Source: Candidatus Dormibacteria bacterium
Lineage (GTDB): Bacteria > Chloroflexota > Dormibacteria > Aeolococcales > Bog-877
Assembly: GCA_046703825.1 (NCBI GenBank)
Contig: JBJKSO010000086.1
Location: 16,142 to 80,141 of the forward strand
Length of the DNA stretch: 64,000 bases
Direction of reading: 5' to 3'
Shown here: in pieces, positions 37,714 to 47,040 of the stretch
How the letters are laid out: every line of letters begins with the position of its first letter
Numbering within the stretch: the stretch's first letter is position 1
Program-made: the position numbers and the translations under genes
The notes under the pieces: model-generated
Databases searched by the model: none
What the model was told of the DNA's origin: nothing
What the model saw: only the letters and a program-made list of their open reading frames with translations

Positions 37714-39855
37714 ATGCTGCAGACGTTCGCCGATCTGGCCCCAGGTCTCAGCTACCTCGGTCCCAAGGAGCTGCTGGAGGTGGATGCGGCCTACCGCTGT
37801 GCGGAGCGGGCCCACAGCGGGCAGCTGCGGCTCTCAGGTGAACCCTTCATATGCCACCCGCTGGCGGTGGCTGGCATGCTCGCCGAGATGCGCCTGGACG
37901 CGGATGCCTTGGCCGCAGCCATCCTGCACGACGTGGTCGAGGACACTGCGGTGTCGGCCGAGGAGTTGCGTGCGGAGTTCGGGCCGAAAGTCGAGAAGCT
38001 GGTCGAGGGCGTCACCAAGCTGGGCCGGATCAAGTTCCACAGCCCGGCCCAGGTCCAGGCGGAAAACATTCGCAAGATGCTAATTGCGATGGCGGAGGAC
38101 CTGCGGGTGGTCCTGATCAAGCTGGCCGACCGTCTGCACAACATGAGGACCATCTCGGCGCTCCCGCCCGACCGGCAACGACGCATCGCCCAGGAAACCA
38201 TGGACATCTACGCTCCACTGGCCCACCGGCTGGGGATGTGGCAGATGAAGGCGGAACTGGAGGACCTGTCATTTTCGGTCCTCGACCACGACAACTATGA
38301 GCGGGTAAGGCATGAGATCCGCGCCCGCAGGCGCCAGCGCGAGACGGCGCTGGAGCAGGCCACCCAGCACTTGGCTGCCGAGTTGCGCGACTCGGGCATC
38401 GCGGCCGAGGTTGCCGGCCGACCGAAGAACATAACCAGCATCTTTCGCAAGATGCAGCAGGGCGCCAAGGGCATCGGCGAGATCTACGACCTGGTCGCCC
38501 TGCGCGTGCTCTGCCGCGACATCCGCGATTGCTACGCAGCCCTAGGCGTAGTGCACTCGCTCTGGAAGCCGATACCCGGCCGATTCAAGGACTACATCGC
38601 GATGCCGAAGGGGAACGGCTACCAATCCTTGCACACCACCGTAGTGGGCGATGTGGGCGAGCCCATCGAGATCCAGATACGGACCCGCGACATGCACCGC
38701 ACCGCCGAGGAGGGCATCGCCGCTCACTGGCATTACAAGGAGGGCACGGCCTCGGATCCCCGCCTGGATCAGGGCTTCAGCTGGCTGCGCTCGCTCTTGG
38801 AATGGCAGAAGGAGCTGCTCGACGCCGAGCGCTTCGTCGAGCATGTTCGTCTAGACGTCTTCCAGGACGAGGTCTTCGTGTTCACGCCCAAGGGCGACGT
38901 ACTCTCACTGCCCGCCGGCGCCACCGCGATCGATTTCGCCTACCGCATCCACACGGACGTAGGGCACCGCTGCATCGGAGCCAAGGTCAACTCGCGGATG
39001 GTGTCGCTGGACTCCCGCCTGCAAAACGGCGACATCGTCGAGATTCTCACCACGCGCTCCGCCCGGCGCGGGCCGAGCCGGGACTGGCTCAACTTCGCCA
39101 AGACCAGCAGCGCCCGCGAAAAGATCCGCCAGTGGTTCAAGCGCGAGCGGCGTGAGGAGAACGTGGCGCGGGGTCGCGAACTCCTGGACCGGGAGCTGCG
39201 TCGCATGCGCGGCACCCAACTCAGCGCCATCACCCCGGCCCGGCTCCAGGAGCTGGTGCGGGAGTACAAGCTCAGTGACGCGACCGAGTTCTTCGCGGCG
39301 ATCGGCTACGGCGAGATCGCCGCGCGCAGTGTCGTCTTGAAGTGGGCCAAGGACGAGGCCCCGGATTCTGACGGTCATGCTCCGATACCCCTCGTCAGCC
39401 GCCCCTCGCCTACCGGGAGCGTCCGGGTGGCGGGGGTAGATCGACTGCTGACGACCGTCGCCGGTTGCTGCAAGCCGGTGCCCGGCGAGCCGATCAAGGG
39501 CTACATCACCCGGGGACGCGGGGTCTCCGTGCACCGAGACACCTGTGTCAACATCCGTAACGCTGCCGATCCCCGTCGCGTGGTCGAGGTTGAGTGGGAC
39601 GACGGCAGAGGGGAGGTCTACCCGGTGCGCCTGCGGATCGAGTGCCGCGACCGCACCGGCTTGCTCCGTGACGTGGCGATCGCCATCGCCGAGAGCAAGG
39701 TGAATCTGAGCGGGGCGGCGGTGCAGGTCGAAGAAGGTAAGACCGCGGTCATCTCCGCGGTGGTGGACGTGACCAGCCTCACCCAACTCAGCCGACTACT
39801 GGAGCGGCTGGAGACCATTCGCGACGTCCGCCAGGTGATGCGCGACGCCAGCTGA
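37714..39855 (+). CDS. rel: bifunctional (p)ppGpp synthase/hydrolase Rel
   Basis: HD motif HDVVED, KLADRLHN, YQSLHT, EIQIRT, TGS and ACT domains. Confidence 0.97.
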   Translation: MLQTFADLAPGLSYLGPKELLEVDAAYRCAERAHSGQLRLSGEPFICHPLAVAGMLAEMRLDADALAAAILHDVVEDTAVSAEELRAEFGPKVEKLVEGVTKLGRIKFHSPAQVQAENIRKMLIAMAEDLRVVLIKLADRLHNMRTISALPPDRQRRIAQETMDIYAPLAHRLGMWQMKAELEDLSFSVLDHDNYERVRHEIRARRRQRETALEQATQHLAAELRDSGIAAEVAGRPKNITSIFRKMQQGAKGIGEIYDLVALRVLCRDIRDCYAALGVVHSLWKPIPGRFKDYIAMPKGNGYQSLHTTVVGDVGEPIEIQIRTRDMHRTAEEGIAAHWHYKEGTASDPRLDQGFSWLRSLLEWQKELLDAERFVEHVRLDVFQDEVFVFTPKGDVLSLPAGATAIDFAYRIHTDVGHRCIGAKVNSRMVSLDSRLQNGDIVEILTTRSARRGPSRDWLNFAKTSSAREKIRQWFKRERREENVARGRELLDRELRRMRGTQLSAITPARLQELVREYKLSDATEFFAAIGYGEIAARSVVLKWAKDEAPDSDGHAPIPLVSRPSPTGSVRVAGVDRLLTTVAGCCKPVPGEPIKGYITRGRGVSVHRDTCVNIRNAADPRRVVEVEWDDGRGEVYPVRLRIECRDRTGLLRDVAIAIAESKVNLSGAAVQVEEGKTAVISAVVDVTSLTQLSRLLERLETIRDVRQVMRDAS

Positions 39856-39906
39856 GCCACCCCCGCCCAGGGCGTGATCTCGACCGCGGCTTAAACTGCA
39901 GGGCCT

Positions 39907-41184
39907 ATGGCTGGCATCGCGCGCCCGCGTGGCACCGAAGATCTCCTCCCCGCCCAGCTGGCGGCCATGAAGCAGGCGTCGGAGCTGGGGTTGCAGGTGG
40001 CTATGGCCTACGGCTACCACGAGATGGAGACGCCGGTCTTCGAGGCCACCGAGCTGTTCCAGCGCGGGGTCGGCGACACCACCGACGTAGTGCGTCATGA
40101 GATGTACACCTTCGCCGATCGCGGCGGGCGCTCACTGACACTGCGGCCGGACGGCACCACGCCGGTAGTGCGGGCCTTCTGGGAATCCGAATTGCGCCAG
40201 TCGAGCCTGCCTGTGAGGCTTGCCTACGTCGGGCCGATGTTCCGTTATGACCGGCCCGGGCGCGGCCGCTACCGCCAGTTTCACCAGCTCGGCGTCGAGG
40301 CTCTCGGCGATGCCGACGCTGAGGTGGATGCGGAAGTCATCGCCGTGGCCTGGCGGTGGCTGGAGCGGCTCGGGCTGAAGGGCCTCAGCCTTCAGCTCAA
40401 CTCGATTGGCGATCGAAACTGTCGACCGCACTACCGGCAGGCGTTGCTCGCCCATTTCGCGCCCCACCTGGCGACGCTGGCCGAGGTCGACCAGGAACGT
40501 TTGCGCCGCAACCCGCTGCGCATCCTGGACAGCAAGGAGTACGGGGCAGAGGAGCTGATGGCGTCCGCTCCCAGCCCGGTGGACTATCTCTGCCCCGAGT
40601 GCGCCGACTCGTTTGCTCGGGTCAAGGGAGCCTTGGACGCCTACGGCATCTCCTACTGCCCCAATCCCCGGCTGGTCCGCGGACTCGACTACTACGTGCG
40701 CACCGCGTTCGAGGTCTGGCACGAGGACCTGCAGGGCGCGCAGAACGCCCTGTTCGGAGGTGGTCGCTATGACGGCCTCTCGGAGACGATCGGCTACCCA
40801 CCCCTGGCTGGGGTGGGATTTGCCGCCGGCCTGGAACGCATCGTGATGATGAGCTCAGCGACGCCGGCTCCAAGCTCGGCCCAGGTGGCGGTGCTCGCTG
40901 CGCAGAGGACGGCGCAGGCCGAGGCCATCAGGCTGGCGGAGACGCTGCGGGCAGGCGGGAGGGCGGCGGTGATCTGCGACGTCGGAGCGCGCAGCCTCAA
41001 GGCCAAGATGCGTTCGGCCGAGAAGAGCGGCGCTGGGGTGGTGTGCATCCTGGGCGAGGAGGAACTCCAATCCGGGACGGCAACCGTGCGCCGGCTCTCC
41101 AGCCGGGAGCAGGTCCAGCTGGGCCGCGCGGAGGTGGAGGATCTGGTGCGCCAATGGTTGGGGCAAGGAGGTGGAGCGGTTTGA
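39907..41184 (+). CDS. hisS: histidine--tRNA ligase
   Basis: LRPDGT, FRYDRP..GRYRQF, LVRGLDYY, GGGRYDGL. Confidence 0.97.
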   Translation: MAGIARPRGTEDLLPAQLAAMKQASELGLQVAMAYGYHEMETPVFEATELFQRGVGDTTDVVRHEMYTFADRGGRSLTLRPDGTTPVVRAFWESELRQSSLPVRLAYVGPMFRYDRPGRGRYRQFHQLGVEALGDADAEVDAEVIAVAWRWLERLGLKGLSLQLNSIGDRNCRPHYRQALLAHFAPHLATLAEVDQERLRRNPLRILDSKEYGAEELMASAPSPVDYLCPECADSFARVKGALDAYGISYCPNPRLVRGLDYYVRTAFEVWHEDLQGAQNALFGGGRYDGLSETIGYPPLAGVGFAAGLERIVMMSSATPAPSSAQVAVLAAQRTAQAEAIRLAETLRAGGRAAVICDVGARSLKAKMRSAEKSGAGVVCILGEEELQSGTATVRRLSSREQVQLGRAEVEDLVRQWLGQGGGAV

Positions 41185-42974
41185 GGGACAGGACCATGTG
41201 TGGCAGCCTGACTTCCGCCAACCAGGGGGAGCGCGTGGCGCTGGCCGGCTGGGTAAACCACCGGCGTGATCATGGCGGGCTCACCTTCATCGACCTGCGA
41301 GATCACACCGGGGTGGTGCAGTTGGTCTTCAACCCGAGCGATTCCCCGCAGAGCAAGGCGGTCGCGGAGCGGTGCCGCCTGGAGTGGGTGCTGCGGGTTT
41401 CTGGCTTGGTGCGGCCGCGGCCCGAGGGCAGCGCCAACCCCAACCTGCCCACCGGAGAGGTTGAAGTTGCGGTCGAGGAGAGCGAGATCCTGGCGCAGGC
41501 GGATGCGATGCCCTTGGCGGTGACCGACGAGTCCCAGGCCGATGAGCGCGTCCGCCTGCAGTACCGCTACTTGGATCTGCGCCGGCCGCGGATGCAGCGC
41601 AACCTGCGCGCCCGCCACCGCTTCGTCAAGGCCCTCCGCGATGAGGCCGACCGGATGGGCTTCGTCGAGCTGGAGACGCCCACGCTGATACCCAGCACGC
41701 CCGAGGGTGCTCGGGACTTCCTGGTCCCGAGCCGCCTCTGGCCCGGGCGAGTCTGGGCGCTACCGCAATCCCCCCAGGTCTACAAGCAGCTGTCCATGGT
41801 GGGAGGTCTGGATCGGTACTTCCAGATCGCCCGCTGCTGGCGCGACGAGGATCTCCGCGCCGACCGCCAGTTCGAGTTCACCCAACTGGACCTGGAGATG
41901 TCCTTCGTTGACGAGGAGGAGGTGTACTCGGTGCTGGAAGGCATGGTCAGCGCGGCTTGGGCCGCCGCCTTCGCGGTCCGGCCGGCCACGCCCTGGCCTC
42001 GCATCCCCTTCCGAGAGGCGCTGGACCGATTCGGGTCCGACAAGCCGGACACCCGCTTCGGCCACGAGTTGCAGGATGCGTCCGAAGTCTTCCGCCGCAC
42101 CGAGTTCAATGTGTTCCGCGGAGCGCTCGAGAGCGGCGGCGCGGTCAAGGCGCTGCGAGTCCCTGGGGGCGGCCGGCTCACCCGCGGGGAACTGGAGGGA
42201 AGCTGGCTGCAGGTGGCGCGCACCTACGGAGCTGCTGGGCTGGCCTACCTGTGGAGGCGGTCCGGGGCCTTCGAGGGCTCGATCGCCAAGTTCATCGCCG
42301 ACCGGGAGATGGACGATTTGGCCGCGCTGCTGCGCGTGGAGGACGGCGACTGTGTCCTCTTCACGGCGGGAGCCCCCGCCGTGGCGGCCACGGCGCTTGG
42401 AGCGGTGCGACTCCACGCCGCTCGGGAGTTTGGCTGGATCCCGGCGGGCCGCTTTGACTTCCTCTGGGTGACCGAGTTCCCCCTCTTCGAGTGGGATGAC
42501 CAGACCAAGTCGGTGACCCCGGTGCATCACCCCTTCACCCAGCCGCATCCGGACGACTGGCCACTTCTGCACAGCGACCCACTGCGGGTCCGCTCCCGCG
42601 CCTACGACATCGTCTGCAACGGGGTGGAGTTGGGGAGCGGCTCCCTTAGGATCACCCGTCCGGACCAGCAGCAGGCGATCTTCCAGGCCCTGGGGATGGA
42701 AGCCGACGAGGTTGAGCGCAAGTTCGGCTTCCTGATCAACGCCTTCCGATACGGGGCACCCCCTCACGGAGGCTTCGCCGCCGGCATCGATCGGATGGTG
42801 ATGGTGGGGACGGGCGAGACCACCATCCGCGAAGTCATCGGCTTCCCCAAGACCCAAACCGGCGCCGACCCCATGACCGGATCCCCGACGCCGGTCATGG
42901 GGGAGCAGCTGGCCGAGGTCGGCTTGCGCCTTGGTCCCCGGGCGCTGGCGGCGAGAGAGGAGGCGTCCTCCTGA
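41181..42974 (+). CDS. aspS: aspartate--tRNA ligase (probably non-discriminating)
   Basis: TTGA overlap with hisS; RRDHGG and RPEG (residues typical of non-discriminating AspRS), PQSPQ, RDEDLRADRQ, GAPPHGG. Confidence 0.96.
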   Translation: MRDRTMCGSLTSANQGERVALAGWVNHRRDHGGLTFIDLRDHTGVVQLVFNPSDSPQSKAVAERCRLEWVLRVSGLVRPRPEGSANPNLPTGEVEVAVEESEILAQADAMPLAVTDESQADERVRLQYRYLDLRRPRMQRNLRARHRFVKALRDEADRMGFVELETPTLIPSTPEGARDFLVPSRLWPGRVWALPQSPQVYKQLSMVGGLDRYFQIARCWRDEDLRADRQFEFTQLDLEMSFVDEEEVYSVLEGMVSAAWAAAFAVRPATPWPRIPFREALDRFGSDKPDTRFGHELQDASEVFRRTEFNVFRGALESGGAVKALRVPGGGRLTRGELEGSWLQVARTYGAAGLAYLWRRSGAFEGSIAKFIADREMDDLAALLRVEDGDCVLFTAGAPAVAATALGAVRLHAAREFGWIPAGRFDFLWVTEFPLFEWDDQTKSVTPVHHPFTQPHPDDWPLLHSDPLRVRSRAYDIVCNGVELGSGSLRITRPDQQQAIFQALGMEADEVERKFGFLINAFRYGAPPHGGFAAGIDRMVMVGTGETTIREVIGFPKTQTGADPMTGSPTPVMGEQLAEVGLRLGPRALAAREEASS

Positions 42975-42996
42975 CCAGCCGTGCTAGGGTTCAGCA

Positions 42997-43168
42997 GGGC
43001 CCGGGACCCCGCCTGAACCAGTCGCCGACCCTAGTGATGTTTGCTTCGGGAGCGCCGACACCGTGGCAGCCCACGGGCCTCCACAGAGAGGAAGTGGAAA
43101 GTTGCGTGAGGTGCACCCACCTGGTGCCCGAGGGATCGGGGCCATTGGGGGCGGCGGTCCCTGGGCCC
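42997..43168 (+). ncRNA. ssrS: 6S RNA (SsrS)
   Basis: Terminal stem GGGCCCGGGACC/GGTCCCTGGGCCC; internal GGGAGC...GCACCCACCTG elements as in Firmicute 6S RNAs; 172 nt; located after hisS-aspS; TGnTAGGGT -10 six nt upstream. Confidence 0.8.
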
Positions 43169-43175
43169 AACTCCC

Positions 43176-43201
43176 GTTTGAAGTTGGGCCAAAGGTGGAA
43201 T
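43176..43201 (+). promoter_or_regulatory. candidate SigB/SigF-type promoter for rsbW-sigB
   Basis: GTTT-N17-GGAAT, 7 nt before the GTG start; partial match to the GTTT..GGGWAW consensus. Confidence 0.35.
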
Positions 43202-43208
43202 TAGCCAG

Positions 43209-43652
43209 GTGATGAGTCAGCGTCCGATGGAGACCGCCGAACTTCGGATTCCGGCAGACCCCCAGTACATCTTGGTGGCCAAGCGAGCGGCGGCGGGGAT
43301 GGCCAGCGTGGCCGGCCTCGGCCTGGAAGCGCTCGACGAGCTCAACATCGCCATCGCCGAGGCCTGCGAGCACACCATTCGGGCCGCCGATGCCGCCGGC
43401 TTGGTGGACGCCAAGCTGCGGATCTCCTTCCGGGTGCAGGAGGATGCGCTTCGAGTCGACGTCCGGCTGGTGGGAGGCAAGGCGGAGGTCCGGGAGCCAA
43501 CCTCGGCTCCGGTCGGCTCGGCCGCGATCTCAACCAGCGCTGCGGTGGAGTTGGCGGTCCAGATGCTGCGCTGCTTCGCCGACGACGTCGACTACCAGGC
43601 CATCGGCGACGGGCTGATGCGCGTGCGGCTGGCCAAGTACCGCTGGCGGTGA
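43209..43652 (+). CDS. rsbW: RsbW/UsfX-like anti-sigma factor (degenerate GHKL motifs)
   Basis: LRIPA, LDELNIAIAEAC, FADDV; coupled to the sigma gene. Confidence 0.8.
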   Translation: MMSQRPMETAELRIPADPQYILVAKRAAAGMASVAGLGLEALDELNIAIAEACEHTIRAADAAGLVDAKLRISFRVQEDALRVDVRLVGGKAEVREPTSAPVGSAAISTSAAVELAVQMLRCFADDVDYQAIGDGLMRVRLAKYRWR

Positions 43653-44428
43653 CGCAGGCGGGGTTCGACTCCACCGCGAGCCCCACCCGGTTTGATCGCG
43701 AGGCGCAGCGTCAGCTCTTCCAGCAGTACGCCGCCACTCGCGACCCAGCCATCCGGGACCAGTTGGTCCAGCAGTACACGGCGCTGGTCCACTCCCTGGC
43801 CCGCCGATTCGCCGGCCGAGGCGAGCCCCTGGAGGATCTGGAGCAGGTGGGCTACCTGGGGCTGCTGGCCGCCGTCGACCGCTTCGACCCCAGCCTGGGC
43901 CTGGAGTTCACCACCTTTGCCACCCCAACCATCCTCGGCGAGATCAAGCGCTACTTCCGTGACAAGAGCTGGGCGGTCAGGGTACCCCGCCGGCTCCAGG
44001 AGACCTACGCCCGGGTGGTCCGGGCCCAGGGTGAGCTCAGCCAGACCCTGGGGCGCAATCCCAGCATCACCGAGGTGGCGGAGAAGTTAGAGATGGAACC
44101 CGATGACGTGCTGCAGGCGCTGGAGGCGGGTCCGGCCCAGCGGGCGGTGTCGCTCGAGACCCCGGCGGGCGCCGGTGACCAGAGCGACACCGAGCTGTCC
44201 GACTACCTGGGGGCCGAGGACGAAAACCTGAGCCGGATCGAGCTGCAGAACATGCTGGCGGGCGCGCTTCGGCACCTCACCCCGCGCGAGCGAGAGATCA
44301 TGATTCTTCGCTTCGTGGAGCAGCTGCCCCAGACCGAAGTGGCGCGCCGCCTCGGCATCAGCCAGATGCACGTCAGCCGCCTCCAGCGCGCGGCGCTCTC
44401 CCAGTTGAAGCGCGAGCTGCCCGAGTAG
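43649..44428 (+). CDS. sigB: SigB/SigF/SigG-family sigma factor
   Basis: GEPLEDLEQVG, FATPTILGEIKRYFRD.SWAVRVPRR, ISQMHVSRLQ. Confidence 0.93.
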   Translation: MTQAGFDSTASPTRFDREAQRQLFQQYAATRDPAIRDQLVQQYTALVHSLARRFAGRGEPLEDLEQVGYLGLLAAVDRFDPSLGLEFTTFATPTILGEIKRYFRDKSWAVRVPRRLQETYARVVRAQGELSQTLGRNPSITEVAEKLEMEPDDVLQALEAGPAQRAVSLETPAGAGDQSDTELSDYLGAEDENLSRIELQNMLAGALRHLTPREREIMILRFVEQLPQTEVARRLGISQMHVSRLQRAALSQLKRELPE

Positions 44429-44487
44429 GACGGCTCCGGTCCATCTCGGGGCGGCTGCTAGAATCCGCCTACCGCAGAGGTTCCTCA

Positions 44488-47040
44488 TTGCTTAGCCACG
44501 AAATCCGCTCACGTTTTCTCGAGTACTTCGAGGGACTGGGCCACCTGCGCATCCCCAGTGCTTCGCTGGTTCCCCGGGACGATCCGAGCATGCTGCTGGT
44601 GGACGCGGGCATGGTGCCGTTCAAACCGTTCTTTCTCGGGTTGCGGCCACCTCCGGCGCTGCGGCTGACGTCGTGTCAGAAGGCGCTGCGCACGACCGAC
44701 ATCGAGGATGTCGGCGACGCCTCCCACGACACCTTCTTCGAGATGCTGGGCAACTTCACGTTCGGCGACTACTTCAAAGCCGAGGCGATCGAGTTCGCGT
44801 ACCTTCTGGCCACCCAGGGGTTCCAGCTGCCGCCGGACCGCCTGTTCTTCAGCGTCCACCCCTCCGACTCAGTTTCCCGGGAGTTGTGGCGGCAGGTGGC
44901 GCGGGTTGGAGACGATCGCATCGTCGCGCTCGAGGACAACTTCTGGCAGGCGGGGCCGGTGGGCCCCTGCGGGGTCGACAGCGAGCTGTACTACGACCTG
45001 GGCGAGCAGTTCGCGGCCGGCCCCGACGATCGGCCGGGAGCTGGCCCCCGCTATCTCGAATTCTGGAATCTGGTATTCATGGATTCCGAGCGGCTCGAAG
45101 ATGGCCGCACTGTCCCGCTGGAGCGCCCAGGTGTCGACACCGGTCTCGGCCTGGAGCGGATGGCGATGATCCTTCAGGGCCGGAGTTCGATCTACGACAC
45201 CGACCTCTTCGCACCGCTGCTGGAGGAGTTCTTGGGCCGCTCCCAGGCGGACCTTGGCCGACAAGAACGGGAGCGGCATCTGCGCATCCTCGCGGACCAC
45301 ACCCGCGCCGCCTGCATGCTGATCTGCGACGGGGTGGTGCCGGGCAATCAGGGCCGTGGCTACGTGCTGCGCCGCCTGCTGCGGCGGGCGCTGGTCAGCG
45401 CCCGGGGCCTCGACCTCCAGGGGGGCCTGGCACCCGCGGTGGCCACGGTGGAGCAGATCCTGGCCCCCCAGTACCCGGAGCTGGCCCCAGCGCGCGAGCA
45501 CATCGTCGCCGCCATCACCCAGGAGGAGGAGCGTTTCGAGGAAACTCGCGCCCGCGGCATCGAGCACTTCGAGCAGGCCGCGGGCCGGGCAGCCGCTGGC
45601 GTCATCTCCGGGGCTGACACGTTTCGCCTCCATGACACCTACGGCTTCCCGGTGGAGCTGACCGTGGACCTCGCTGCCAGCCGGGGCCTGGCGGTGGACC
45701 GGGCCGGGTTTGGCCGCCTGTTGGAGGAGCAGCGCGAGCGGGCCCGGCTCAGCCGCGAGGCGCTGCCTTCGGCCGCCGGGCCCGACTGGCCCGCCAGCCG
45801 GTTCGTCGGCTACGACCAGCTGGAGGTGGATGCCCAGGTGCTGATGATCGCCCGGGCTGGCGGGGTATGCGACGAGGCTCTCCCGGGCGAGTCGGTCGAG
45901 GTGGTCCTGGACCAAACCCCGTTCTACGCCGAGGGCGGCGGACAGATGGGAGACCGGGGCCTTCTCAGTTGGGAAGGGGGTAAGGCGTCGGTGGTAGATA
46001 CCCAAGCCGCCGGCCAGGAAACCCGGGTGCAGCGCTGCCGGATCGAGCAGGGCCGGCTCGCCGCCGGGGCGCGCCTGACCGCGCGGGTCGACGTTCACCG
46101 CCGCCAGGGCAGCGCTGCCCACCACTCGGCGACGCATCTGCTCAATGCCGCCCTGAGACGTACTTTGGGACCGGGGGTGGTACAGCGGGGATCCCTGGTC
46201 GGTCCCGACCACGCGACCTTCGACTTCTCCTGGCCCGCGGCTATGACCGAGGAGCAGATCACCGCCGCCGAGCGGCTCGTGAACGGGGCGGTCCGTCAGG
46301 ACCTGGAGCGCCGGATCGACCACCTGAGCATGGCGCAGGCTCGCGCCGCTGGGGCCTTGGCTCTCCCCGACGAGGCTTACTCCGAATCGGTCCGGGTGGT
46401 GAGCTTCGGCGACTTCTCCAAGGAGCTCTGTGGCGGCACCCACGTGGAACGGGCAGGTCAGATCGGCGCGGTCATCCTGGTCGGCGAGCGCAGCATCGGC
46501 GCCGGGGTGCGCCGACTCGAACTGCTGGCCGGCCCCGCGGCGGAGCTGTGGTGGGAGGAGCAGCGGCAGGTGGTCCAGCAGGTGTCCCGAGCGCTGCGGA
46601 GCGGGCCGGCAGAGGCGGTCTCCCGGCTGGAGAGTCTCCAGCAGCGGGTGCGCCAGCTGGAGCGCCAGCTCCGGGAGGGGCGGCGCCAGGAGGGGGCCGC
46701 GGGATGGCAGCGGGAGCAGCTGGATGGCGTCGTCCTCGCCATCGAGGACGTGGCCGATCTCCTGGATCGGCGCGAGTTGCTCCAGCACGCGGACCGACTG
46801 GTGACCGACGCCGACGTGGGGGCCGCCCTGGTGCTGGCCGGCGGCCGGTTGGCCCTTAAACTCTCCGCAGATTTGGTGTCCAGGGGACTGCACGCGGGCC
46901 GGCTGGCGGCGGCCGCTTGCGGAGAGGCCGGAGGCAAAGGTGGGGGGAACGATCAGCTCGGCATGGGCGGGGTTCCTAGAGACGGGCACCCTGCGGTGCT
47001 GCAGGCGGTGCGCAAGCTGCTGCTGGACGCGCGCGGGTGA
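44488..47040 (+). CDS. alaS: alanine--tRNA ligase
   Basis: AGMVPFK, TFFEMLGNF, EFWNLVF, DTGLGLER, HSATHLL, ELCGGTH, GKGGG. Confidence 0.97.
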   Translation: MLSHEIRSRFLEYFEGLGHLRIPSASLVPRDDPSMLLVDAGMVPFKPFFLGLRPPPALRLTSCQKALRTTDIEDVGDASHDTFFEMLGNFTFGDYFKAEAIEFAYLLATQGFQLPPDRLFFSVHPSDSVSRELWRQVARVGDDRIVALEDNFWQAGPVGPCGVDSELYYDLGEQFAAGPDDRPGAGPRYLEFWNLVFMDSERLEDGRTVPLERPGVDTGLGLERMAMILQGRSSIYDTDLFAPLLEEFLGRSQADLGRQERERHLRILADHTRAACMLICDGVVPGNQGRGYVLRRLLRRALVSARGLDLQGGLAPAVATVEQILAPQYPELAPAREHIVAAITQEEERFEETRARGIEHFEQAAGRAAAGVISGADTFRLHDTYGFPVELTVDLAASRGLAVDRAGFGRLLEEQRERARLSREALPSAAGPDWPASRFVGYDQLEVDAQVLMIARAGGVCDEALPGESVEVVLDQTPFYAEGGGQMGDRGLLSWEGGKASVVDTQAAGQETRVQRCRIEQGRLAAGARLTARVDVHRRQGSAAHHSATHLLNAALRRTLGPGVVQRGSLVGPDHATFDFSWPAAMTEEQITAAERLVNGAVRQDLERRIDHLSMAQARAAGALALPDEAYSESVRVVSFGDFSKELCGGTHVERAGQIGAVILVGERSIGAGVRRLELLAGPAAELWWEEQRQVVQQVSRALRSGPAEAVSRLESLQQRVRQLERQLREGRRQEGAAGWQREQLDGVVLAIEDVADLLDRRELLQHADRLVTDADVGAALVLAGGRLALKLSADLVSRGLHAGRLAAAACGEAGGKGGGNDQLGMGGVPRDGHPAVLQAVRKLLLDARG

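Noticed and set aside
39856-44487. T-box riboswitches ahead of hisS, aspS or alaS
   Set aside because: The leaders are too short and lack the T-box sequence; the structured RNA after aspS fits 6S RNA.
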